Below are positions 22,730 to 35,300 of a stretch of 64,000 bases of DNA, piece by piece; positions within the stretch are counted from its first letter, which is position 1; every line of letters begins with the position of its first letter. Location of the stretch: assembly GCA_950097015.1 (NCBI GenBank), contig CATNEN010000012.1, forward strand, positions 2,914,001 through 2,978,000, read 5' to 3'. The notes beneath the pieces were generated by a model. It saw only the letters and a list, made by a program, of their open reading frames with translations. It did not search any database and was not told the DNA's origin. The stretch comes from Macrostomum hystrix (lineage: Eukaryota; Animalia; Platyhelminthes). A program made the translations under genes and the position numbers.

Positions 22730-25700
22730 ATGGCAAAAATAGTTATCGCTGGTAAGTTTCTTCGTATCATTTTTCAATATATTTCAAGACGAAGAAGCGA
22801 ATAACGCACGTGAATATGTAAATTATAGATAATTCGTACATTCACGATGATGCTTTTGATAATGCTCGCATATCTGAATTAGTCCCTTTAAAATCAACAC
22901 GATTAAATAAAACGGCTTAAGAATATATTAGGTAGATTATTGAATTGTGTAGTCAGTTCTATTAAAAGTGAACTTCATTTTTTTGGCCTGATCGAAGCAA
23001 ATGCATTGTACTCGAACCGGACCTAAAATGCTACTGTACTGCTCACAGATAACTACAGCTTTACTTAGGTTACCTTTAAAATTATTACTACTGTAAACTC
23101 TGTTGTCCAGATTGACAACGTTGATAAATTACAAATTCTTCTTTAAATAGACAAGAAAATATAATTTTACTATGAAGCGAATTAGGTGGATGAAAGCATT
23201 TATTTCATAAGTGCTTAAAATTGGTGCTTAAAATGACAATACCTATTTGTGAGCACCATCTTTAAGAGATAAGGTGACTTATGCACGTATGTACATGTAA
23301 TTCTGTTCTCCTCTTGTAACGCGACTAATGCACATTTTCTGGCTTCATTATTTTCCTGCTAAAATACGTATATACGGGTAAATATATCGCACTTTTAACT
23401 TAGGTGGCCTCAATAATAATGAAGAAGCACATATTTCAGGATCGTCAGACTGCCCATACTATGCCAGGGTGGAACTGCTGGCCGACCGCCTGGCTCGGAC
23501 TCTGCCGGCATTCAAGCTGACGAAGATAGTCAAGACACCACAGGAGTGGCCAGTGAGTTGCTTGTTGTTAACCTGGAAATATTGCACAATATAGATTGGT
23601 CGACTGGTTTACGAACACAAAATTTAAATACATCATTATTATGTGATCGCATCTTGCACTGCTCAAATCAACTCTCGAATGTCGCGACACAATTGCCAGG
23701 AGTTTGCAAAACGATGCTGCGAGCAACGCGGCTGGCTTCATTTCAAATCGCCCATTGTGTGGCGCGAACTGGTCAACCAGGGCGGCAAAAGTGTCCTAAT
23801 AGGTGGCGCCAATGAATTCCAGGAGTATGCCAAAGGTGAGAAGAAATTTAAAACTCATTGAAAAACATTGATTTCTGTCGAAGATTTCAAAATTGTTATG
23901 AAATCAATAAAGTGATCAGCAAAGAAAGGATTGTGCAATAAAGTTAAATTATGGATAGTTTTGAAAGCTAAACTAAAGCCAATAAAAATATCTGTGCTAA
24001 ACACTCTACTGGAAGTGGCATTGTGCGTACAACACCAATAATCTATCTATAAATTTGACATGTACTTTTTCTGACTTTGCATGGTCCCCACCCAATCGCA
24101 GCCTACTACGACTGCGAGTCGGATCTGGCGAGCCCGCAACAACTGGCAGTTGCTAAGGACAACAACCGCTACAAGGCTGAGCTGGACGCGGAGACAGCAG
24201 CTCTGCGCGCTAAGTCGCGTCCCCTTCGCGTGACTGTGACATCGGCCAGTTCACCAGCTGCCTATCATCTCCTGCCGCTGCTGGCTGATGGCTCGGTGTT
24301 CGGCCTTGACACGGAGCTGGCAATCACGCTGTACGACTCAAGGAACTACGAGGACATGGAGGTGAGAACATTTGCGCTCGGAATGTTTATAGGTCACCAG
24401 TTAGTTTGAGCTTTTACGGTGGAAGATTTCCGTTCAGGAAAATCATGACATCAAAGGCTCGTGGGTCCTAAGTGTGTACATTCTGGATAGAGAGTTGGCG
24501 GTCGCAGTGTGTACATTCTGGATAGAGAGTTGGCGGTCGCAGTGTGTGCATTCTGGATAGAGAGTTGGCTGTCGCAGTGTGTACATTCTGGATAGAGAGT
24601 TGGCGGTCGCAGTGTGTACATTCTGGATAGAGAGTTGGCGGTCGCAGTGTGTGCATTCTGGATAGAGAGTTGGCGGTCGCAGTGTGTACATTCTGGATAG
24701 AGAGTTGGCTGTCGCAGTGTGTGCATTCTGGATAGAGAGTTGGCGGTCGCAGTGTGTGCATTCTGGATAGAGAGTTGGCGGTCGCAGTGTGTGCATTCTG
24801 GATAGAGAGTTGGCGGTCGCAGTGTGTACATTCTGGATAGAGAGTTGGCGGTCGCAGTGTGTACATTCTGGATAGAGAGTTGGCGGTCGCAGTGTGTGCA
24901 TTCTGGATAGAGAGTTGGCTGTCGCAGTGTGTACATTCTGGATAGAGAGTTGGCGGTCGCAGTGTGTACATTCTGGATAGAGAGTTGGCTGTCGCAGTGT
25001 GTACATTCTGGATAGAGAGTTGGCGGTCGCAGTGTGTACATTCTGGATAGAGAGTTGGCGGTCGCAGTGTGTGCATTCTGGATAGAGAGTTGGCGGTCGC
25101 AGTGTGTACATTCTGGATAGAGAGTTGGCGGTCGCAGTGTTTTCATTCGGGATAGAGAGTTGGCGGTTGCAGTGTGTACATTCTGGATAGAGAGTTGGCG
25201 GTCGCAGTGTGTGCATTCTGGATAGAGAGTTGGCGGTCGCAGTGTGTACATTCTGGATAGAGAGTTGGCGGTCGCAGTGTTTTCATTCGGGATAAACAGT
25301 TGTGTTATTGCATCACATTTCCGTATTAATGCACGAGAATACTTAAAATAATGTTTTGTATTATGTTACTTGATATTCGAATCGCTCAATTTGACGTTAA
25401 ATTTTGACAAAATTTCTTAGATTCACTTTTCAAGCTGTTTTCAAGCTGCAAACAGGTACATTAAATTCAATTTAAAAAATAGATGATCGATTTACATAAC
25501 AAAAAATGGCTAGATTCTCACATATTAAAAAAATTATTTACAACAAAGCTTCACAACGTCTTTCTAATTGTGTATTACTAACGTGTAATTACTTGTAGTT
25601 TGTTAACCAGAAAGTTAAATAGCTCGTAGGCGGAGAATCGCTGCCGCATAATAAAAGCTGGTGTTTATAAACTCACAAAAAGGCACTTAAGATATTGGAG

Positions 25701-28700
25701 TTTTCACAAAAATAGCTTCAACAACTGATCGCAAAAAGGCATGTTATCACACTGCTGTCAATGACTAGTTAGAGAAATGAGCATGTTGTCTATGACCATT
25801 GAAGGATGAGTGTGTTGTCTATGGTCAGTTGAATGATTGAGTGTGTTGTCTATGGTCAGTTGAATGATTGAGTGTGTTGTCTATGGTCAGTTGAATGATT
25901 GAGTGTGTTGTCTATGGTCAGTTGAATGATTGAGTGTGTTGTCTATGGTCAGTTGAATGATTGAGTGTGTTGTCTATGGTCAGTTGAATGATTGAGTGTG
26001 TTGTTTATGATCTTTTTAAGGATCAAATGACATTCTGAGACTGCATCACATTTTGTAGCTATAAATTAGAAGCTTACGAACTCAAAGCCAATATGCTAAA
26101 AAATAAAATTATTTCCAGGGGCTGGCGATGGAGGTGCTAGACCTGGCACAGCCTCTCGTGCGCTCCATCCGCTGCACGAGCAACTTGTCGGACGCCCTGA
26201 CTGGCAGCGACGGCGTCAGCGCCGACTTGCTGGTGTTGCTTGACGAGCTGCCACCAGCGTCGCCAAAACATTCGCTTGGTTCGCCAGCCAATCATGGCGA
26301 GACGCGCACTAAATGGTTGAAACGCTACGCCATTCTCTACGGCGAATACGCGGCAGCCATCGATGCGGCTGGGTGCGGTGGACCAGCCGGAATCCGGTGA
26401 GTCTGTTATTGAAGCCTGGGTAGTGACTAAATACTGATTCGGTGTTTTATTATCATTACATGCAAATTTGAAACCTAACTCTATCCCTAATGTACATACC
26501 GACTCCTACTCTCTATCCCCAATGTACACACCGACTCCTCCTCTCTATTCCAAATGTACACACAGGCTCCGACTCTCTATGTACACAGTACTATGTCCCC
26601 AATGTACGCAGGCCCATAATTTTTCCTTCGCTTTTGTGTGCTCTTATACACCGCTCCACATGTCCCCGTATCCAAAACAACAGTTCTAAAAAAATCCCTC
26701 GTTAAAAATTTTCGTAATTTTTCTGTAAAATTCTAGCAGAATTCTTAAAGTACATAGTAAAAAGTCTCCAATATACATTAACATTGCGCCCAGAATCCTT
26801 GTGTCCGGCCGGGCTCCTGTGAATTTCGGCGCCCGAGTCCTCATAGAATGGTCAAAACAATCCGCTACTGGCCGTGGGCCAATCAGAAGCGGCGCTGGGC
26901 CGCACCCGGACCGGGTGGCTGCCACGCCTCGCTTGCTTGAGCGCTGGGCTAAGGGTGCCGTAGCCGGCCGTCTGGAGCCCGGCGTCGCCAATCCGGCAGC
27001 CATCAGCGATCTGGTCGTCTGGGGAGATCCGGCCGGCGGGCACTGGCTGGAGCTGAGCCGGGCCACCCTGGCCAGGCCCGAGAGCGGCGCCATCACCGGC
27101 CCGGATTGGTATCGGCGCCCGCTGGCCGAAGTGCTCTGGGATCGCGACTGGGTCCAATCGGATCTGCCAAAACTGTTGGCTAGGCGAAAGGCCGATAGTC
27201 TATGGCCGAAAGCGCGCGAAACCGGACACTTTGCGGCCAGTCTGGCCAGGGCAACGGCGGATACTCTGCGAGACTGGTGGCTCGGACAGGCGGCCGGTGG
27301 CGGCGTGACTTCGCTTGGCGTGGCCTCCAAAGGTGAGGCTTTCTGGACAGGTTGAGTAGCCTAGTGATACACAATAGCCCTGATAATAATAATAATTACA
27401 GGAAGGCTGTGGGCAATGGCACATGAATTGGTGACACTAGACCCGCAGTCAGCGAGGAGGCAATTCTGCCCATTTCGCTGACTCCTGAGCACACACGCAC
27501 ACAGATACTGTACACTGGCGCACGCTCACACAGGTGTGTACATCTGACCTGACTTTCTCATCGTCAGGCAGTGTACACTTCGCTTTGACTTGGAGGTTGG
27601 CCCTCAAGGGCGTAAATTGCACGACAAGCCACCAAGCCTTCTCTCCGCGGCTGCGCCTCAAATGAATGTGGCCTGGTGGCGAAATCGAACTCAGGGACCT
27701 TGGCTCGAAAGGCAAACCTGTTAATCGCTCTGCCACCGACCGCCCACAATAGCCATGAGTTCGCCACCGATTTCGGTGTCCATCACCTTAAGAATCGACA
27801 CTCTCTAACAACCCAGAATCTATTTATCCTCTGAGTGTGAATATACATATTCTGTCCCACGCTCCAGATTTTGTCCCATACCCCAGACTCTAACCCACAG
27901 CCCCAGACTCTATCCCACATCCCAGACTCTCTCCAACACCCACAGACTCTATCCCATACCCCAGACTCCATCTCATACCCTAGACTATATCCCACACCCC
28001 AGACTCTCTCCCACACCCTCAGACTCTATCCCACACCCTCAGACTCTATCCCACACCCTCAGACTCTATCCCACACCCTAGACTATATCCCACACCCTAT
28101 AGACTATATCCCACACCCTAGACTCTCTCCCACACCCTCAGACTCTGTCCCACACCCTAGACTATATCCCACACACTAGACTATATCCCACACCCTAGAC
28201 TATATCCCACACCCTTGACTATATCCCACACCCTAGACTATATCCCACACCCTAGACTATATCCCACACCCTAGACTATATCCCACACCCTAGACTATAT
28301 CCCACACCCAGACTCCATCCCACACCCTAGACTATATCCCACACCCTAGACTATATCCCACACCCTAGACTATATCCCACACCCAGACTATATCCCACAC
28401 CCTAGACTATATCCCACACCCTAGACTATATCCCACACCCTAGACTATATCCCACACCCTAGACTATATCCCACACCCTAGACTATATCCCACACCCAGA
28501 CTCCATCCCACACCCTCAGACTCTATCCCACACCCTAGACTATATCCCACACCCAGACTCCATCCCACACCCCAGACTCTATCCCACACCACAGACTCCA
28601 TCCCACACCCAGACTCCATCCCACACCCTCAGACTCTATCTATCCCTATCTATCCTCCTGCAACTCCATAGGCTGGTACGGCATCCCGGAGGGTGTCGTG

Positions 28701-28963
28701 TTCAGCTTCCCAGTCCGCTTCCAGCCGAAGGGCACCTGGGCGGTGGTCGAAGACTTCGAGCTAAGCGAAGAGGCTCTTCAGCGGCTGTCGGAGATTGCTG
28801 AGGTAAATTTTACTGTGAATATTTTTGTCTTTAACGTAATTTTTTCACGTCGCCTACTAATAGTAGAGTAGAGGAAATTTAATAGTTATACGGTGAAAGG
28901 ATCAACTTTTTTATTCAGGAATGCCAGTTGGACTTCAACGTCGGCTTTGGCAAGAAGAAGTGA
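22730..28963 (+). CDS. MDH1B: Malate dehydrogenase 1B (MDH-like, probable pseudoenzyme), 507 aa, 8 exons
   Basis: Exons 22730-22751, 23440-23552, 23700-23835, 24102-24361, 26119-26396, 26794-27332, 28672-28802, 28919-28963 join in frame. MDH1B-specific N-terminus MAKIVIAGSSDCPYYARVELLAD, SPIVWREL, IGGANEFQE, and C-terminal SLGVASKGWYGIPEGVVFSFPV. Confidence 0.92.
24471..25294. repeat. 35-bp minisatellite (AGTGTGTACATTCTGGATAGAGAGTTGGCGGTCGC), ~23.5 copies, MDH1B intron 4
   Basis: Tandem units 35 bp apart (e.g. 24541, 24576). Confidence 0.97.
25808..26010. repeat. 31-bp minisatellite (GAGTGTGTTGTCTATGGTCAGTTGAATGATT), ~6.5 copies, MDH1B intron 4
   Basis: Units at 25808, 25839 etc. Confidence 0.95.
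26476..26610. repeat. Degenerate, inverted copies of the intron-4 35-bp unit in MDH1B intron 5
   Basis: ACTCTCTATCCCCAATGTACACAC (26508-26531) matches the reverse complement of the 35-mer at 22/24; 3-4 decayed units. Confidence 0.75.
27380..27744 (-). mobile_element. tRNA-derived SINE, copy 3 (most intact), in MDH1B intron 6
   Basis: Minus-strand A box TGGCAGAGCGA (27735-27725), B box GAGTTCGATTT (27692-27682), (ATT)n tail (~27384-27398), 10-bp TSD CACAATAGCC at 27370-27379 and 27745-27754. Confidence 0.88.
27860..28640. repeat. 18-20-bp C-rich minisatellite (CCCACACCCTAGACTATAT / CCCACACCCTCAGACTCTAT), MDH1B intron 6
   Basis: Tandem units, degenerate at the 5' end and homogeneous in the middle. 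Confidence 0.95.
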
Positions 28964-29347
28964 CATTTCCTTTCTTTTCTGTGACAAATTTGCGAAAAAA
29001 ACTTTGCTTTAAAATGCTAAGGACCATTGTTTCGGGAGTGCAATAAAAAAGAGTTCTTTAAATTTTAGCGCGCTTTTTGCAGAGTTGATTATTACGTCAC
29101 AAATATATTACCTAATCGAAAGCTTCTAGTCCCTTTTTTTACCTTATTGACCCATTTTTATCACATTGTGTGCCTGGCGTATGCAGCAGTTAAGATTTTT
29201 TGCCGAAATATAAACAAAAACTACATCTTTACAAGTTTGGCATGTCTCAAGACCGCCTTTTCGCAGAAAAATCAATCAAATTTTTGTTTATCGTTTTTAC
29301 TCGTGTTTGATGTCTTCATTTCAATGCATACTTGTTAGTGGCTCTCA

Positions 29348-32300
29348 CCCACACCCTCAGATTCTGTCCCACACCCTCAGATTCTGTCCCACACCCTCAG
29401 ATTCTGTCCCACACCCTCAGATTCTGTGTCCCATACCCTCAGATTCTGTGTCCCATACCCTCAGATTCTGTGTCCCATACCCTCAGATTCTGTGTCCCAC
29501 ACCCTCAGATTCTGTGTCCCACAACCTCAGATTCTGTCCCACACCCTCAGATTCTGTCCCACACCCTCAGATTCTGTCCCACACCCTCAGATTCTGTGTC
29601 CCACACCCTCAGATTCTGTCCCACACCCTCAGATTCTGTCCCACACCCTCAGATTCTGTCCCACACCCTCAGATTCTGTCCCACACCCTCAGATTCTGTC
29701 CCACACCCTCAGATTCTGTGTCCCACACCCTCAGATTCTGTCCCACACCCTCAGATTCTGTGTCCCATACCCTCAGATTCTGTGTCCCACACCCTCAGAT
29801 TCTGTCCCACACCCTCAGATTCTGTGTCCCATACCCTCAGATTCTGTGTCCCACACCCTCAGATTCTGTGTCCCATATCCTCAGATTCTGTGTCCCATAC
29901 CCTCAGATTCTGTGTCCCACACCCTCAGATTCTGTGTCCCATACCCTCTGATTATGTGTCCCACACCCTCAGATTCTGTGTCCCATACCCTCAGATTCTG
30001 TCCCATACCCTCAGATTCTGTGTCCCATACCCTCTGATTCTGTGTCCCATACCCTCTGATTCTGTGTCCCATACCCTATAATTCTGTGTCCCATACCCTC
30101 AGATTCTGTGTCCCATACCCTCAGATTCTGTCCCACACCCTCAGATTCTGTGTCCCATACCCTCAGATTCTGTGTCCCATACCCTCTGATTCTGTGTCCC
30201 ATACCCTATAATTCTGTGTCCCATACCCTCAGATTCTGTGTCCCATACCCTCAGATTCTGTCCCACACCCTCAGATTCTGTGTCCCATACCCTCTGATTC
30301 TGTCCCATACCCTCAGATTCTGTGTCCCATACCCTCTAATTCTGTCCCATACCCTCTGATTCTGTGTCCCATACCCTCTGATTCTGTGTCCCATACCCTC
30401 TGATTCTGTGTCCCATACCCTCTGATTCTGTGTCCCATACCCTATAATTCTGTGTCCCATACCCTCAGATTCTGTGTCCCATACCCTCAGATTCTGTGTC
30501 CCATACCCTCTGATTCTGTGTCCCATACCCTATAATTCTGTGTCCCATACCCTCAGATTCTGTGTCCCATACCCTCAGATTCTGTCCCATACCCTCAGAT
30601 TCTGTGTCCCATACCCTCTGATTCTGTGTCCCATACCCTATAATTCTGTGTCCCATACCCTCAGATTCTGTGTCCCATACCCTCAGATTCTGTGTCCCAT
30701 ACCCTCTGATTCTGTGTCCCATACCCTCTGATTCTGTGTCCCATACCCTATAATTCTGTGTCCCATACCCTCAGATTCTGTGTCCCATACCCTCAGATTC
30801 TGTGTCCCATACCCTCAGATTCTGTGTCCCATACCCTCTGATTCTGTGTCCCATACCCTCTGATTCTGTGTCCCATACCCTCTGATTCTGTGTCCCATAC
30901 CCTCTGATTCTGTGTCCCATACCCTATAATTCTGTGTCCCATACCCTCAGATTCTGTGTCCCATACCCTCAGATTCTGTGTCCCACACCCTCAGATTCTG
31001 TCCCATACCCTCAGATTCCGTGTCCCATACCCTCTGATTCTGTGTCCCATACCCTCAGATTCTGTGTCCCATACCCTCAGATTCTGTGTCCCACACCCTC
31101 AGATTCTGTCCCATACCCTCAGATTCTGTGTCCCATACCCTCTGATTCTGTGTCCCATACCCTCAGATTCTGTGTCCCACACCCTCAGATTCTGTCCCAT
31201 ACCCTCAGATTCTGTGTCCCATACCCTCTGATTCTGTGTTCCATACCCTCAGATTCTGTGTCCCATACCCTCAGATTCTGTGTCCCATACCCTCTGATTC
31301 TGTGTCCCATACCCTCAGATTCTGTGTCCCACACCCTCAGATTCTGTGTCCCACAACCTCAGATTCTGTCCCACACCCTCAGATTCTGTCCCACACCCTC
31401 AGATTCTGTCCCACACCCTCAGATTCTGTGTCCCACACCCTCAGATTCTGTCCCACACCCTCAGATTCTGTCCCACACCCTCAGATTCTGTCCCACACCC
31501 TCAGATTCTGTCCCACACCCTCAGATTCTGTCCCACACCCTCAGATTCTGTCCCACACCCTCAGATTCTGTGTCCCACACCCTCAGATTCTGTCCCACAC
31601 CCTCAGATTCTGTGTCCCATACCCTCAGATTCTGTGTCCCATACCCTCAGATTCTGTCCCACACCCTCAGATTCTGTGTCCCATACCCTCAGATTCTGTG
31701 TCCCACACCCTCAGATTCTGTGTCCCATATCCTCAGATTCTGTGTCCCATACCCTCAGATTCTGTGTCCCACACCCTCAGATTCTGTGTCCCATACCCTC
31801 AGATTCTGTGTCCCACACCCTCAGATTCTGTGTCCCATACCCTCAGATTCTGTCCCATACCCTCAGATTCTGTGTCCCATACCCTCTGATTCTGTGTCCC
31901 ATACCCTCTGATTCTGTGTCCCATACCCTATAATTCTGTGTCCCATACCCTCAGATTCTGTGTCCCATACCCTCAGATTCTGTCCCACACCCTCAGATTC
32001 TGTGTCCCATACCCTCAGATTCTGTGTCCCATACCCTCTGATTCTGTGTCCCATACCCTATAATTCTGTGTCCCATGCCCTCAGATTCTGTGTCCCATAC
32101 CCTCAGATTCTGTCCCACACCCTCAGATTCTGTGTCCCATACCCTCTGATTCTGTCCCATACCCTCAGATTCTGTGTCCCATACCCTCTAATTCTGTCCC
32201 ATACCCTCTGATTCTGTGTCCCATACCCTCTGATTCTGTGTCCCATACCCTCTGATTCTGTGTCCCATACCCTCTGATTCTGTGTCCCATACCCTATAAT

Positions 32301-35300
32301 TCTGTGTCCCATACCCTCAGATTCTGTGTCCCATACCCTCAGATTCTGTGTCCCATACCCTCTGATTCTGTGTCCCATACCCTATAATTCTGTGTCCCAT
32401 ACCCTCAGATTCTGTGTCCCATACCCTCAGATTCTGTCCCATACCCTCAGATTCTGTGTCCCATACCCTCTGATTCTGTGTCCCATACCCTATAATTCTG
32501 TGTCCCATACCCTCAGATTCTGTGTCCCATACCCTCAGATTCTGTGTCCCATACCCTCTGATTCTGTGTCCCATACCCTCTGATTCTGTGTCCCATACCC
32601 TATAATTCTGTGTCCCATACCCTCAGATTCTGTGTCCCATACCCTCAGATTCTGTGTCCCATACCCTCAGATTCTGTGTCCCATACCCTCTGATTCTGTG
32701 TCCCATACCCTCTGATTCTGTGTCCCATACCCTCTGATTCTGTGTCCCATACCCTCTGATTCTGTGTCCCATACCCTATAATTCTGTGTCCCATACCCTC
32801 AGATTCTGTGTCCCATACCCTCAGATTCTGTGTCCCACACCCTCAGATTCTGTCCCATACCCTCAGATTCTGTGTCCCATACCCTCTGATTCTGTGTCCC
32901 ATACCCTCAGATTCTGTGTCCCATACCCTCAGATTCTGTGTCCCACACCCTCAGATTCTGTCCCATACCCTCAGATTCTGTGTCCCATACCCTCTGATTC
33001 TGTGTCCCATACCCTCAGATTCTGTCCCACACCCTCAGATTCTGTCCCATACCCTCAGATTCTGTGTCCCATACCCTCTGATTCTGTGTTCCATACCCTC
33101 AGATTCTGTGTCCCATACCCTCAGATTCTGTGTCCCATACCCTCTGATTCTGTGTCCCATACCCTCAGATTCTGTGTCCCACACCCTCAGATTCTGTGTC
33201 CCACAACCTCAGATTCTGTCCCACACCCTCAGATTCTGTCCCACACCCTCAGATTCTGTCCCACACCCTCAGATTCTGTGTCCCACACCCTCAGATTCTG
33301 TCCCACACCCTCAGATTCTGTCCCACACCCTCAGATTCTGTCCCACACCCTCAGATTCTGTCCCACACCCTCAGATTCTGTCCCACACCCTCAGATTCTG
33401 TCCCACACCCTCAGATTCTGTGTCCCACACCCTCAGATTCTGTCCCACACCCTCAGATTCTGTGTCCCATACCCTCAGATTCTGTGTCCCATACCCTCAG
33501 ATTCTGTCCCACACCCTCAGATTCTGTGTCCCATACCCTCAGATTCTGTGTCCCACACCCTCAGATTCTGTGTCCCATATCCTCAGATTCTGTGTCCCAT
33601 ACCCTCAGATTCTGTGTCCCACACCCTCAGATTCTGTGTCCCATACCCTCTGATTATGTGTCCCACACCCTCAGATTCTGTGTCCCATACCCTCAGATTC
33701 TGTCCCATACCCTCAGATTCTGTGTCCCATACCCTCTGATTCTGTGTCCCATACCCTCTGATTCTGTGTCCCATACCCTATAATTCTGTGTCCCATACCC
33801 TCAGATTCTGTGTCCCATACCCTCAGATTCTGTCCCACACCCTCAGATTCTGTGTCCCATACCCTCAGATTCTGTGTCCCATACCCTCTGATTCTGTGTC
33901 CCATACCCTATAATTCTGTGTCCCATACCCTCAGATTCTGTGTCCCATACCCTCAGATTCTGTCCCACACCCTCAGATTCTGTGTCCCATACCCTCTGAT
34001 TCTGTCCCATACCCTCAGATTCTGTGTCCCATACCCTCTGATTCTGTCCCATACCCTCTGATTCTGTGTCCCATACCCTCTGATTCTGTGTCCCATACCC
34101 TCTGATTCTGTGTCCCATACCCTCTGATTCTGTGTCCCATACCCTATAATTCTGTGTCCCATACCCTCTGATTCTGTGTCCCATACCCTATAATTCTGTG
34201 TCCCATACCCTCAGATTCTGTGTCCCATACCCTCAGATTCTGTGTCCCACACCCTCAGATTCTGTCCCATACCCTCAGATTCTGTGTCCCATACCCTCTG
34301 ATTCTGTGTCCCATACCCTCTGATTCTGTGTCCCATACCCTATAATTCTGTGTCCCATACCCTCAGATTCTGTGTCCTATACCCTCAGATTCTGTGTCCC
34401 ATACCCTCTGATTCTGTGTCCCATACCCTCTGATTCTGTGTCCCATACCCTATAATTCTGTGTCCCATACCCTCAGATTCTGTGTCCCATACCCTCAGAT
34501 TCTGTGTCCCATACCCTCAGATTCTGTGTCCCATACCCTCTGATTCTGTGTCCCATACCCTCTGATTCTGTGTCCCATACCCTCTGATTCTGTGTCCCAT
34601 ACCCTCTGATTCTGTGTCCCATACCCTATAATTCTGTGTCCCATACCCTCAGATTCTGTGTCCCATACCCTCAGATTCTGTGTCCCACACCCTCAGATTC
34701 TGTCCCATACCCTCAGATTCTGTGTCCCATACCCTCTGATTCTGTGTCCCATACCCTCAGATTCTGTGTCCCATACCCTCAGATTCTGTCCCATACCCTC
34801 AGATTCTGTGTCCCATACCCTCTGATTCTGTGTCCCATACCCTATAATTCTGTGTCCCATACCCTCAGATTCTGTGTCCCATACCCTCAGATTCTGTCCC
34901 ATACCCTCAGATTCTGTGTCCCATACCCTCTGATTCTGTGTCCCATACCCTATAATTCTGTGTCCCATACCCTCAGATTCTGTGTCCCATACCCTCAGAT
35001 TCTGTGTCCCATACCCTCTGATTCTGTGTCCCATACCCTCTGATTCTGTGTCCCATACCCTATAATTCTGTGTCCCATACCCTCAGATTCTGTGTCCCAT
35101 ACCCTCTGATTCTGTGTCCCATACCCTCTGATTCTGTGTCCCATACCCTATAATTCTGTGTCCCATACCCTCAGATTCTGTGTCCCATACCCTCAGATTC
35201 TGTGTCCCACACCCTCAGATTCTGTGTCCCATACCCTCAGATTCTGTGTCCCATACCCTCTGATTCTGTGTCCCATACCCTCAGATTCTGTGTCCCATAC

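Noticed and set aside
24443-25251. Cys/His-rich repeat ORFs (CTHCDRQL) resembling zinc fingers
   Set aside because: Antisense read-through of the 35-bp intronic minisatellite; the period is not a multiple of 3
27547-27570. Hammerhead ribozyme in the SINE (minus strand CTGACGA..GAAA; CTGATGA in copy 2)
   Set aside because: Only 3 nt between CUGANGA and GAAA (no stem II), no UH cleavage site in the right position, and the core is sequestered in a simple hairpin
27460-27580. HDV-like ribozyme in the SINE (GCGAAATGGG resembles J4/2-P2)
   Set aside because: The candidate L3 loop is purine-rich (GATGAGAAA), so P1.1 cannot form
27680-27745. Genuine tRNA gene
   Set aside because: A and B boxes are present but I could not build a complete cloverleaf; it is fused to a SINE body with a tail and TSD
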